Of a stretch of DNA of 64,000 nucleotides, positions 49,356 to 58,478 are shown piece after piece. The stretch's first letter is position 1, and each line of letters begins with the position of its first letter. Source of the stretch: Candidatus Hadarchaeum sp. (GTDB lineage Archaea; Hadarchaeota; Hadarchaeia; Hadarchaeales; Hadarchaeaceae); NCBI RefSeq assembly GCF_049969415.1, contig NZ_JBMFOX010000001.1, forward strand, positions 32,001-96,000, written 5' to 3'. The notes under the pieces are model-generated. The model made no database searches. It had not been told where the DNA came from and was given only the letters and a program-made list of their open reading frames with translations. A program made the position numbers and the translations under genes.

Positions 49356-50306
49356 TCAGCCATCAAGATAAATATCGGCGACCATGACGGATTCCGGAGC
49401 CAGCGCCTCTGAAAAGGACCTGCGGACGAGATCGACGTTTTCACCGCGGGCGAGGGCAAAGACCGCGCGGCCAATCATAACCTGACTGGCTCCGACGGCT
49501 CCCGACTTCTCCGCTGTTCTAATCAAGTCCATCAGCTCACCATCGAGGAGTCCCAGATTCTCGGCGAATTCCTTCGAGGCGGAGATGAAGGTAAGGATAT
49601 CCGGACGCGCTAGAACTTTATTTAAGGCCAGAGTTCCCTTTTCTCGGGCGCGACTTCTGAATTCGGCTTCGCTCAAAAGATCCTTTGAGGGGATGGGGCC
49701 CAACGTGGCGCAGACAACTTTAACCCCGCGAGGCACCCTTATCCTCCTCCATCTTCCAAAGGGAGGCGCTCCGGGCTCAATTCCGATGACCAGCCCTCCG
49801 AAAGCCTGCGCGCCAACATCACCCAGCCCCGTGTAGCAGAGGACCTCGGCCACGTGGGCCGCGGCTACCAGCTGGGCCCTAGAAAACCGCAACCCCAAGG
49901 CCTGGGCTAGGGAAAAGGCGGTTCCTAAGGCCCCGGCCCCGCTCGCCCCATATCCTGCGCCCACCGGGACCTGGCAGCGATGTTCTACCTTGACTCGAAA
50001 GTTGCCTGCAACCCGGTTCAGAATTTGCTTGACCACCGCCAGCGTAGTCTGGGCGTTTGGCGCTGGCCGGCCGTCGATGAACACCCTCACTTCAGTCCGG
50101 TCTGAGTTTTCAACTTCAACTTTGGTCATCACCCCGAGATTCAAACAGGGGCCACAGTTCCTGGATCCGGTTCTCTCCGGCGTGCCGGCGTCACAGGGCT
50201 GAAAAAAACCGGAAATGTGCGCCGGGACAAAAACTGACGCGCTTGAATTCTGCTTTCGTGATTTCAATCCTGCCAGCTCGATCACCAGCATCTCAGGATT
50301 TGGCAA
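49356..50306 (-). CDS. pok: Pantoate kinase (GHMP family)
   Basis: FVPAHISGFF, PVGAGYGASGA, AHVAEV...TGLGDV; next to coaBC; exact start uncertain. Confidence 0.92.
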   Translation of the reverse strand: MPNPEMLVIELAGLKSRKQNSSASVFVPAHISGFFQPCDAGTPERTGSRNCGPCLNLGVMTKVEVENSDRTEVRVFIDGRPAPNAQTTLAVVKQILNRVAGNFRVKVEHRCQVPVGAGYGASGAGALGTAFSLAQALGLRFSRAQLVAAAHVAEVLCYTGLGDVGAQAFGGLVIGIEPGAPPFGRWRRIRVPRGVKVVCATLGPIPSKDLLSEAEFRSRAREKGTLALNKVLARPDILTFISASKEFAENLGLLDGELMDLIRTAEKSGAVGASQVMIGRAVFALARGENVDLVRRSFSEALAPESVMVADIYLDG

Positions 50307-51498
50307 TGGCTAGATCCAAGATTACGCCCGCAATCTCCACCTTCGTCGCCTTCATCTTTCTCCAGCCCGACTTCGTGACGATCAAGACCTCATTGGTGTC
50401 GGTGCCGAAGCCCGCGCCCGGCCGACCAACGTCATTTGCCACCACCAAATCAAGTCCCTCGCTCAGCTTGGCCTCGGCGGCGCGAAGGAGCTCCTCATCG
50501 CTGACGTTGTGCTCCGTCTTGAAACCAACCACGAAGGAGTGAGGAGATCGCTCTCGGACTCCCGAGAGGACCCGGGGGGCGGGTACCAGTCTCAGCGTCA
50601 CTGGCTCGGTGTGCCTGAGCTTGCGCCCTGATGGACTCTCCACGACGAAATCCTGAGGTGCCGCCGCGGAAACCACGATGTCAGGCTGCAGCTCCAGCTC
50701 CCTGATAAAGGCGTCTCGCATCTCCTGAGTCGTCTCCACCCGAATCACCCTCACTCCTGCCGGCGGGACTTCGGTTCCCGGGCCATAAATGAGGACCACG
50801 TCGGCCCCCCGCGCTGCCGCCGCGCGGGCCACGGCCAGGCCCATTTTTCCCGAGCTCCTGTTGGCGATGACTTTGACGGGATCTATCGGCTCGAAGGTGG
50901 GTCCCGCCGTGACCAAAACCCTCCGGCCGAATAGGTCTCGAGGCCCCAGTGCTCCAATGACAAACTGAACTATCTCGGCAACTTCGGCTATCTTCGCCCG
51001 GCCCTCCTCAATTCTGGGACCGAGAACTTGAACTCCAACTGAGCGAAGCCGCGCCAAGTTCTGCTGGAGGAGCTCATGGGCAAACATCGAGGCATGCATG
51101 GCGGGAACCACCACCACGGGCTTTTTCAACCCAAGGGCCACCGAGACGACGGAGGTCACGGTGGTGTCGTCGATGGCAGAGTAGATCTTGCTGATGGTGT
51201 TGGCGGTGGCGGGAGCGACCAAAATCAGATCCGCCCACTCCGCCAGCTCCACGTGTTCCAGCCTGCCGGTCAGCTTGACGACGACCTCGTTACCGGTGGC
51301 CCAGTGCATCAGCTCCGGGGTTATCAGCTCGGTGGCCTGCGGAGACATGCAGGCACGCACCTCGGCCCCGTGGCGCATCAGCTCCCGGGCCAGCTCAGGG
51401 CACTTCACGGCGGCGACGCTGCCCGTGATGCAGAGGGCAATCCTTTTGCCCTTGAGCTCGAAGCCCTTTGTGCCTAAAATATCCTTTGAGGGGTGCAT
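50293..51498 (-). CDS. coaBC: Bifunctional phosphopantothenoylcysteine decarboxylase/ligase
   Basis: TGSVAAVK, APATANTISK, PAMH, TAGPT.E.IDPV...NRSSGKMG. Confidence 0.96.
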   Translation of the reverse strand: MHPSKDILGTKGFELKGKRIALCITGSVAAVKCPELARELMRHGAEVRACMSPQATELITPELMHWATGNEVVVKLTGRLEHVELAEWADLILVAPATANTISKIYSAIDDTTVTSVVSVALGLKKPVVVVPAMHASMFAHELLQQNLARLRSVGVQVLGPRIEEGRAKIAEVAEIVQFVIGALGPRDLFGRRVLVTAGPTFEPIDPVKVIANRSSGKMGLAVARAAAARGADVVLIYGPGTEVPPAGVRVIRVETTQEMRDAFIRELELQPDIVVSAAAPQDFVVESPSGRKLRHTEPVTLRLVPAPRVLSGVRERSPHSFVVGFKTEHNVSDEELLRAAEAKLSEGLDLVVANDVGRPGAGFGTDTNEVLIVTKSGWRKMKATKVEIAGVILDLAIAKS

Positions 51499-51561
51499 GA
51501 GTTCACCGCTACATTCCCTCGCGGTTAAACGTTGTTTGGTCCGCAATTTAAAGCTTAGTCG

Positions 51562-52044
51562 CTAAATTGTGGAGTGGTTCAGCCTTTTGCCGTGCGGGTC
51601 GATTTCACCGTAGCGGATCCTCAGGGATGAGATCGGCTTGCCGTCCTCGGCTAGGACGAAGGGCACCTCCACTATCTCCAAGGGATTCAGGCCCTTCGAA
51701 ATCCTGATCCTGTTTATCTCCTCGGCCCTCTTCCGCGTTTCCGGGCTGACGACTATCGCGTCAATGTTCCGGTCACTGACCGCGGTTCCGTAGGGGTCCG
51801 ACAGGATGGTGATCTCCGTGCGCCCCAGCCAGCCCCGACTATGCAGTTCATTCAGAAGCCTCCACAGCCTGATGGCCAGTGGCTGGACGCCGGCGGAATC
51901 CTTCTGGAGCAGCTGCCGCATCTCATCAGAGCAGATGCCTACGGTGACCTGCTCCCCAACCTCGTAGGCCTTGGAGATGATGGCGAGGTGTCCATTGTGC
52001 AAGTAGTCAAATGTACCGCCCACCACGACCTTTCGGAACTTCAA
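51562..52044 (-). CDS. coaD: Phosphopantetheine adenylyltransferase (archaeal)
   Basis: VGGTFDYLHNGH, IVVSPET, DGKPISS.RIR.GEID; TTG start after GGTGA. Confidence 0.93.
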   Translation of the reverse strand: MKFRKVVVGGTFDYLHNGHLAIISKAYEVGEQVTVGICSDEMRQLLQKDSAGVQPLAIRLWRLLNELHSRGWLGRTEITILSDPYGTAVSDRNIDAIVVSPETRKRAEEINRIRISKGLNPLEIVEVPFVLAEDGKPISSLRIRYGEIDPHGKRLNHSTI

Positions 52045-52058
52045 GCGATCACCGGCCT

Positions 52059-53396
52059 CTAGAACTTCTGCACCACATCGAGCCATCTTTTTTTCAACGG
52101 ACGGTGGGTAAAAGGCTTGGCCTTCGCCCCCACATAATCGGCGACCACATGGCCCTCGCCGAGCAGGTAGTATTTCCAAGTGGTCAGTCCCTCCAGTCCC
52201 ACCGGGCCGCGGGCGTGGATTTTGCCGGTGGAAATGCCGACCTCGGCCCCGAGTCCGTAGCGGTAGCCATCGCTGAACCTGGTCGAGGCGTTGAGCATTA
52301 CGCTGGAGGAGTCGACCTCGGTGAGAAAGCGCAGGGCATTTTTCCCGTTCTCAGTCACGATGGCATCGGTGTGCTTGGAGCCGTAGGTGTTGATGTGATC
52401 GATGGCCTCCTGGATGCTGTCGACGATTTTAATCGAGATGATCAGATCCAGATACTCGGTACGCCAGTCCTTCTCCGTGGCGCGTTTGGCCTGGGGAAGG
52501 ATCTTTCTCACCCTTTCATCACCTCTGATCTCCACCCCGGCCTCAGCGTAACGTTTACCCAGCAGCTTCAGAAACGGCTCGGCGATGGCACGGTGAACCA
52601 GTATCGTCTCCACCGCGTTGCAGACGGCCGGATACTGGACCTTGGCATCGTAGCAGATCTTCACCGCCTTCTCGAGGTCGGCGTCGGCGTCCACGTAGAT
52701 GTGGCAGAGCCCCTCGGCGTGACCCAGCACGGGGATGCGGGTGTTGGCCTGGATGTACTTGATGAACTCCTTGCTCCCCCGGGGCACCAGCAGGTCGATG
52801 TACTCATCCAGCTTCAGCAGTTCTCTGACCTCGCTTCTGGCCTCAATCAGCTGCACCCATCCCTCCGGAATCCCGGCACTCTCGCTGGCTTCCCGGATGA
52901 CCCTGAAGAAGGCCTCGTTCGAACGCCGGGCCTCACTGCCCCCCTTGAGCACCACCGCGTTTCCGGATTTCAGGCAAAGCGCTGATATCTGCGGCAGCAC
53001 ATCGGGCCTGGACTCAAATATCGCCCCGATGACGCCGATGGGGCAGGAAACCTTGTAGAGCTCCAGGCCTTGATCCAGTTCAACCGCATAAAGGGTTCGG
53101 CCCACCGGATCCTCCAGCTTGGCGACGCTCTGAACCATCTTGGAGATGTCCCGCAGCTTTTCTTCGGAAAGCTTGAGCCGCTGGACTAACGCCATCGAAA
53201 TGCGGCCGCTCTTCAGAAGATCCTCGGCCTCCCTCAGGTCCACGGCATTGGCCCGCAACAGCTCCTCTCTGTTCTCCCAGATGGCCGAGGCGATCCCGAG
53301 CAGGGCCTCGTTCTTGACCTCGGTGGCGATGTTGGCCAGCTGCAGCGCCGCCCTTCTGGCCGCGGCCGCTTTTTTGATGACCTCACCCATCTTCAT
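52059..53396 (-). CDS. proA: Gamma-glutamyl phosphate reductase
   Basis: PIGVIG.IFESRP, PRGS, CNAVET, NASTRFSDG, HARGPVGL. Confidence 0.97.
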   Translation of the reverse strand: MKMGEVIKKAAAARRAALQLANIATEVKNEALLGIASAIWENREELLRANAVDLREAEDLLKSGRISMALVQRLKLSEEKLRDISKMVQSVAKLEDPVGRTLYAVELDQGLELYKVSCPIGVIGAIFESRPDVLPQISALCLKSGNAVVLKGGSEARRSNEAFFRVIREASESAGIPEGWVQLIEARSEVRELLKLDEYIDLLVPRGSKEFIKYIQANTRIPVLGHAEGLCHIYVDADADLEKAVKICYDAKVQYPAVCNAVETILVHRAIAEPFLKLLGKRYAEAGVEIRGDERVRKILPQAKRATEKDWRTEYLDLIISIKIVDSIQEAIDHINTYGSKHTDAIVTENGKNALRFLTEVDSSSVMLNASTRFSDGYRYGLGAEVGISTGKIHARGPVGLEGLTTWKYYLLGEGHVVADYVGAKAKPFTHRPLKKRWLDVVQKF

Positions 53397-54190
53397 CTCA
53401 CCGGAAGAAACAGGGTTCCAATTTCCTCCCCATCCAAAATCCGCTCCAGAGCCTTATCCTCGCTGCTGCTGGCGATTACCACGGGGATGCCCTTCGCGGT
53501 CGCCATTCGGGCCGCCTTGATCTTGGTGAGCATGCCGCCGAAGCCACGGGAGGACCTGGCCACGTACCGCTCCACGTCCGCGGTTCCGTCAACTGTAGTA
53601 ATCAGCTTGCCGCGGTTGCCCTTCCCGGAGTAGCCCATATAAAGGCCATCGACATCGGTTAGTATCACGAGCAGGTCGGCCGAAGCACCTATCGCAACAT
53701 AGGCGGAGAGGATGTCGTTGTCACCCAGCCTGATCTCATCTGAGGCCACGCTGTCGTTTTCGTTGACTATCGGGACCACGCCCCACTTCATCAGGGTGGA
53801 GAGCATGTTTCTAAAGTTCCGGTAGCGCCTGGGGTCGTTGAAGTCCTCCGCCGTCAGCAGAATCTGGGCGACCGGCTGCTGATATTCGCCAAAGTACTTG
53901 GAGTAGACCTGCATCAGCATACCTTGACCCACCGCCGCGGTCGCCTGCAACGCGGGGATTCCCTTGGGCCGGCCGTTGAGGTTGAGGCGCCCGATGCCGG
54001 CTCCGATGGCTCCGGAAGAGACTAGGATGACCTCCTTACCCCGCGTCCGCAGCCCCATCACGTTGGAGACCAGACGGCCAATCTTTTCCGGGTCCAACCG
54101 GTGCTTCTCATCAGTGATGCTGCTGGTGCCTATCTTGACCACAATCCTCTTCGCCTTGGCCAGTAGCTCCCTCGCCGATCTTCCGTCCAT
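53393..54190 (-). CDS. proB: Glutamate 5-kinase (no PUA domain)
   Basis: VVKIGTS, VSSGAI, AAVGQ, NEND, GDNDILS, GGMLTK. Confidence 0.96.
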   Translation of the reverse strand: MDGRSARELLAKAKRIVVKIGTSSITDEKHRLDPEKIGRLVSNVMGLRTRGKEVILVSSGAIGAGIGRLNLNGRPKGIPALQATAAVGQGMLMQVYSKYFGEYQQPVAQILLTAEDFNDPRRYRNFRNMLSTLMKWGVVPIVNENDSVASDEIRLGDNDILSAYVAIGASADLLVILTDVDGLYMGYSGKGNRGKLITTVDGTADVERYVARSSRGFGGMLTKIKAARMATAKGIPVVIASSSEDKALERILDGEEIGTLFLPVR

Positions 54191-55396
54191 TTAATCCACC
54201 ATTGGGATTCTATTTAGCTGCGACAGCACATAAGACCTTATCTTGTCGACCGATTCCTCTCCAGCGACGATCTTCCCTTTCTTTATCAGCGGTTGCAGCA
54301 GCGGTGAAGTTTTACCGTCGCAAACGGGACAACGCGGTGGCCGTGCCCCGGCGGGGAGAACCACGTCCTCCAGACATTTACGGCATCTCCACACCTGCTT
54401 TCTCCCACCCAGCTTTCCCCGCTTGGCCACGGGCCTTCCATTTATCTCGACGATGTCCATCGCGAAATCTATCGTCGGGGCATTGCTCAGGGAAGTTCCA
54501 ATTCCAAAGCCGTCCACCCCGGCTTTCACCAGCTCGGTGATGTTCCGGTCGTTTATCCCGCCCGAGGCCAATATCTTCACGTGGCGATAGCCGCGAAGGT
54601 CAAGCTCCCATCTGACCTCCCGGATAATCTCGGCGAAATTTCCTCTCCTTGAACCCGGCGTATCCAACCTGACTCCCCAGAGGTTTTTGCCCAGGGCCTC
54701 CGCGGCCATGATGGCCTCGGCCTTCTCGTCAAAGTAGGTGTCCACCAGCGCCACCCGGTTCACCTGGCGCGGGATCACCTCGTCAAAGGCCTTCCACGCC
54801 TTCACCTGATCGCCGAAGACAATGATGAGTGCATGGGGCATGGTGCCCATCGGTTCCTTCCCGATCCTCTTGGCGCCGGAGAGGCTGGAGACCCCGTCGA
54901 AGCCACCGATGTAAGCGGCCCGGTCTATCATCGGTGACAGCGCGGGATGCACGCGCCTGATGCCGAAGGAAACCAGCAGCTTTCCCCAGGCCAGCTTTCG
55001 CAGCCGGGCGGCCATGGTGGCCACGCCCGACGCCTGACAGATCAGACCCAGCATCGGCGTTTCCAGCTCACAGAAATTTCCGTAAGGGCCCTCGATGACG
55101 ATGACCGGCAACCTGTTCCCGTAATGGTCATGCGGATGAAAAATGGTTCCCTCGGGTATCGCTTGGACATCGACTGGACAGCCCTCGAAGAGGGTGGCCA
55201 CCTCATCCAAGCCGCAGATGACGCCCCAAGGCCAGTTCTCGGGTAGACCACCCGCCGTCACCTCGGCCACGACCCTCGTTCCTTCCAAGCCCTTTGCCTT
55301 CAAGACCTGGCTCGTCCGGACGAAGTAGATGTCGGTGGTCGCGCCCTTTTTTATCTCCTCATCCGAGGCCACGTTGAAGGTCCTCATCTTTCCCAC
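54191..55396 (-). CDS. pncB: Nicotinate phosphoribosyltransferase
   Basis: TDIYF, SFGIRR, GTMPHAL, VRLDTP, ASGG; C-terminal Zn ribbon. Confidence 0.95.
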   Translation of the reverse strand: MGKMRTFNVASDEEIKKGATTDIYFVRTSQVLKAKGLEGTRVVAEVTAGGLPENWPWGVICGLDEVATLFEGCPVDVQAIPEGTIFHPHDHYGNRLPVIVIEGPYGNFCELETPMLGLICQASGVATMAARLRKLAWGKLLVSFGIRRVHPALSPMIDRAAYIGGFDGVSSLSGAKRIGKEPMGTMPHALIIVFGDQVKAWKAFDEVIPRQVNRVALVDTYFDEKAEAIMAAEALGKNLWGVRLDTPGSRRGNFAEIIREVRWELDLRGYRHVKILASGGINDRNITELVKAGVDGFGIGTSLSNAPTIDFAMDIVEINGRPVAKRGKLGGRKQVWRCRKCLEDVVLPAGARPPRCPVCDGKTSPLLQPLIKKGKIVAGEESVDKIRSYVLSQLNRIPMVD

Positions 55397-55926
55397 CCCT
55401 TGATTATCTCCTGGGAATTTGTGATTTTCGCGCCGTAGATCTTTCGCATGTAATCCAGAGAGCGTTCTTTGGCTCGTCTGTCCGGGGAGGCCACGCCGTC
55501 CTCAGAAATCACCACCTTGTAGCCGTTGAAGAAGGCCCCGGCGGCGGAGTGCTGGATGCAGATCTCGGTGACCACTCCGGTGAGCACCAGCACCTCCACA
55601 CCCTTTTCCCGGAGCAGCTTTCTCAGCCTCGGGACCTGAAAGACATCGTAGGTGTGTTTGGAGATGATGGGTTCGCCCTTGATCGGCTTCAGTTCCGGAA
55701 TTATCTCCGAGCCCTTGCTGCCAGCCATCGCGTGTTCTCCCCAGATGCGGAGCTCGGGATCTCCGGGTCGATGGGCGTCGCGCGCGTGAATCACGAGGAC
55801 CCCCCGCGCCCGGGCGGAGGCGAGGAGCTGCTGTATCCGGGGCACGATCTCCAGCGCGCCCTTGAAGCCAAACTTCCCCGTCACGAAGTCGTGGATCATA
55901 TCGATTACGATCAATGCCGCCTTCAA
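55384..55926 (-). CDS. pncA: Nicotinamidase (isochorismatase family)
   Basis: VIDMIHDF, DAH, WGEHA, GVVTEICIQH; overlaps pncB start. Confidence 0.88.
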   Translation of the reverse strand: MKAALIVIDMIHDFVTGKFGFKGALEIVPRIQQLLASARARGVLVIHARDAHRPGDPELRIWGEHAMAGSKGSEIIPELKPIKGEPIISKHTYDVFQVPRLRKLLREKGVEVLVLTGVVTEICIQHSAAGAFFNGYKVVISEDGVASPDRRAKERSLDYMRKIYGAKITNSQEIIKGWER

Positions 55927-55995
55927 AAATTATCCCCAATAATGATAGTCTCGCTAAATAAATAGCACAGATTATTAGCCAGAGCAAGAGGGAAA

Positions 55996-56199
55996 TTACA
56001 ACTTTCGATCAACCCGTTTGGAGAACTCCAGCACCGTGAGGCCGACGATCCGGCGCTTGCGATACCTGATTATGATGTCCTTTCCCGTCAGCTCTGAATC
56101 ATCCGCCGTGGAGATGCCGCCGAAGCTGAGGTAGAGGACATCCTGGGCGCGGTCGTAAAGGACATCGATGTCCTCAACGTTTTTTATTACCGCTTCCAC
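55996..56199 (-). CDS. DUF2283 protein (putative antitoxin)
   Basis: YDRAQDVLYLSF...IIIRY...IVGLTVL; GTG start overlapping the upstream gene. Confidence 0.85.
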   Translation of the reverse strand: MEAVIKNVEDIDVLYDRAQDVLYLSFGGISTADDSELTGKDIIIRYRKRRIVGLTVLEFSKRVDRKL

Positions 56200-56516
56200 A
56201 GAATTAGCCTCCGTTCCAACATTTTCTCCATTCTCTTCGTCACAAAGACCGTGCTGACGCCTTCGCCCTCGCGGTAGGGGACCACCAGCCATCCGCCGCG
56301 GGAGGGTCCATCACCCGTTCTCTTGACTGCGAGGTTCTCACCATATCTCCCCGCGAGGACGAAATCCGGCTCGGCGACCGCGGCGACCACGGCCTGATCC
56401 AGCCGCTCCAGCCTAGCCATCTCCGGATGCCTGCTGAGGACAACCCGAAGCGTGACGAGGTCCAGATTGACGTCGTTGTCGAACACGGATTGAACTGTTA
56501 CCAAGCGACCCGCCAA
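56187..56516 (-). CDS. Putative BECR/RelE-like (PBECR2/DUF4258-type) toxin
   Basis: RHPEM...V.EPD.V...LVVPY...VSTVF pattern; paired with DUF2283. Confidence 0.65.
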   Translation of the reverse strand: MAGRLVTVQSVFDNDVNLDLVTLRVVLSRHPEMARLERLDQAVVAAVAEPDFVLAGRYGENLAVKRTGDGPSRGGWLVVPYREGEGVSTVFVTKRMEKMLERRLILWKR

Positions 56517-56598
56517 TGATTTTGGCGCCGGTCATTTATAAGCCACGAGCAACCGCTCATTATTTTATCGGGAAAACTGACTCATTGATGGGTCTGGT

Positions 56599-57663
56599 GT
56601 GAAAAAAATTGAGAGGCTAAGGGAAGAACTCGGCAGGCGCGGGCTGGACGCCTACCTCGCCATCAGCAACACCCGCTACCTGGCTGCTACCACTGCTGCC
56701 AAGGCGGTGATCGTGCCGGCCGACGCTGAACCGGTTTTGGTGTGCAGCCGGCTGGAGCTGGAGCGGGCCCGGCGCGAGAGCCGAATCAGGGACATTCGGG
56801 CCTTTTCCAGCTGGAGGGCGCCGCTGCAGCGCGGCGAGAGGGTCTACTTCCTGGAACTGTGGCAACTCTTGGCCGAGGTTCTTGAGGAAATCGGTGCCCG
56901 GGCGGTGGGGTACGACAGCGGGGAGAGGAACTTTATCCGGAAAATCCGCCGCTGCCACGAGGCCAGCTATCTGTGGTCTCCCGAGGTCATGCAAGAGCTG
57001 CGGATGATAAAATCCCCTGAGGAGCTGAAACTGCTGCGGCGGTCAGCGGAAATAGCGGTGCTGGGGATGAACCGGGCCGCGGAACTGATCGAGCCCGGTG
57101 TAACTGAGCTGGAGATTGCTGCCGAGGTGGAGTACAGGATGAGGCGGGCGGGATCCGAGGGCACACCCTTCCCGACCATCGTGGCCTCGGGAGACAATTC
57201 TTGGCTGCCCCACTCAACCGCGACCTCGAGAAAGCTGAAGGAGGGGGAACTCGTCGTCGTGGACTTGGGCGCGATATTTAACGGCTATACTTCCGACATG
57301 ACGCGGACCTTTGCGATTTCACCGAACCGAAGGCAGCTCCGGATTCTGGAGACGGTCAAGGCGGCCCAGCGCGCCGCATTGAGGAAAATCAAGGATGGCG
57401 TGAAGGCGAAGCTGGTTGATGCCGCGGCCCGAGAAACAATCCGCCGGGCGGGCTACGCCAAATTCTTCAATCACGGCACCGGGCATGGGGTGGGGCTGGA
57501 GATACATGAAGCTCCGAGCCTGTATCCCTCCTCGCGGGACATCCTCCGCAAGGGGATGGTCCTCACCGTCGAGCCCGGCATCTACATCCCTGGAGTCGGC
57601 GGGGCCCGCTGGGAGGACACGGTGCTGGTGAAGGCCGAAGGGCACGAAACGCTGACCTGTTGA
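56599..57663 (+). CDS. Xaa-Pro peptidase (M24B)
   Basis: LRMIKSPEE, PH, DLGA...Y.SDMTRT, HGTGHGVGLEIHE, TVEPGIY, RWED. Confidence 0.95.
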   Translation: MKKIERLREELGRRGLDAYLAISNTRYLAATTAAKAVIVPADAEPVLVCSRLELERARRESRIRDIRAFSSWRAPLQRGERVYFLELWQLLAEVLEEIGARAVGYDSGERNFIRKIRRCHEASYLWSPEVMQELRMIKSPEELKLLRRSAEIAVLGMNRAAELIEPGVTELEIAAEVEYRMRRAGSEGTPFPTIVASGDNSWLPHSTATSRKLKEGELVVVDLGAIFNGYTSDMTRTFAISPNRRQLRILETVKAAQRAALRKIKDGVKAKLVDAAARETIRRAGYAKFFNHGTGHGVGLEIHEAPSLYPSSRDILRKGMVLTVEPGIYIPGVGGARWEDTVLVKAEGHETLTC

Positions 57664-57715
57664 CCCGGGCCGACAAAATTTTAATCCCGAAAATCGGTTT
57701 ACTTTTGTGAGCCCC

Positions 57716-57922
57716 ATGAAGAGGCCTTGCAACTTGGAGAAGAACAAACAGGACTGCAGCTGCACCTACGAACCCTGCCCGAGAAAGGGCATCTGCTGCG
57801 AGTGCCTCAGGTATCACTGGGAGATGCAGGAGCTACCCGCCTGCCTCTTCCCACCGGAGATCGAGCGGACCTATGACCGGTCGCTGAAGACATTTCTGGA
57901 GTACTACAAAGAGCGAGTTTAA
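57716..57922 (+). CDS. DUF6485-like Cys-rich small protein
   Basis: CSCTYEPCPRKGICCECLRYH...LPACLF...TYDRS. Confidence 0.8.
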   Translation: MKRPCNLEKNKQDCSCTYEPCPRKGICCECLRYHWEMQELPACLFPPEIERTYDRSLKTFLEYYKERV

Positions 57923-57971
57923 GTAATCCTAAGACGATAAAGACAATGGGCTTTTGGAGGATGGTGATGGG

Positions 57972-58397
57972 ATGAGAGAGGTTGTGGGTAATGCTAGAGC
58001 TCCTAATATCGGCACGGTCCCGGTTGAGGAAATCATGACCAAAAATGTCATCACCGTTGAAACCGAGGAGCCCGTCTTCAGCATGGTCAAGAAGATGATA
58101 AACAAAAACGTTGAGTGCCTTCCCGTGACCAAGGCGGGCAAGCTGAAGGGACTGATCACCTTCCGCGATGTTATCAGGAAGGTCGTCTACGAGGGGAAGG
58201 ACCCTAAGAAGATCAAGGCCAAGGATGTGATGACCAAGTCGGTGGTGACCTGCTACAACGACGCCACGGTGCTGGACGTGGTAAAGCTGATGAAAAACAA
58301 ACGGCTGCGGAGAATACCGGTCATCGACAGGGAGGGGAACCTGGTCGGGCTGGTCACCAACTTCGATCTAGCTATCATCGGCTGGGACGTGGATTAG
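57972..58397 (+). CDS. CBS-domain pair protein
   Basis: Two CBS repeats (VEEIMTKNVITV; AKDVMTKSVVTC; RRIPVID.EGNLVGLVT). Confidence 0.93.
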   Translation: MREVVGNARAPNIGTVPVEEIMTKNVITVETEEPVFSMVKKMINKNVECLPVTKAGKLKGLITFRDVIRKVVYEGKDPKKIKAKDVMTKSVVTCYNDATVLDVVKLMKNKRLRRIPVIDREGNLVGLVTNFDLAIIGWDVD

Positions 58398-58478
58398 AAT
58401 TCTGCGGCGGGATTTTTCCCACCCGGTGGCCTCAATAATTACTTAAAGCTCAGACGGCGATTATCGGAGGGTGGTGGC

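Noticed and set aside
52011-52985. 324-aa plus-strand ORF
   Set aside because: Antisense shadow of proA caused by biased codon usage
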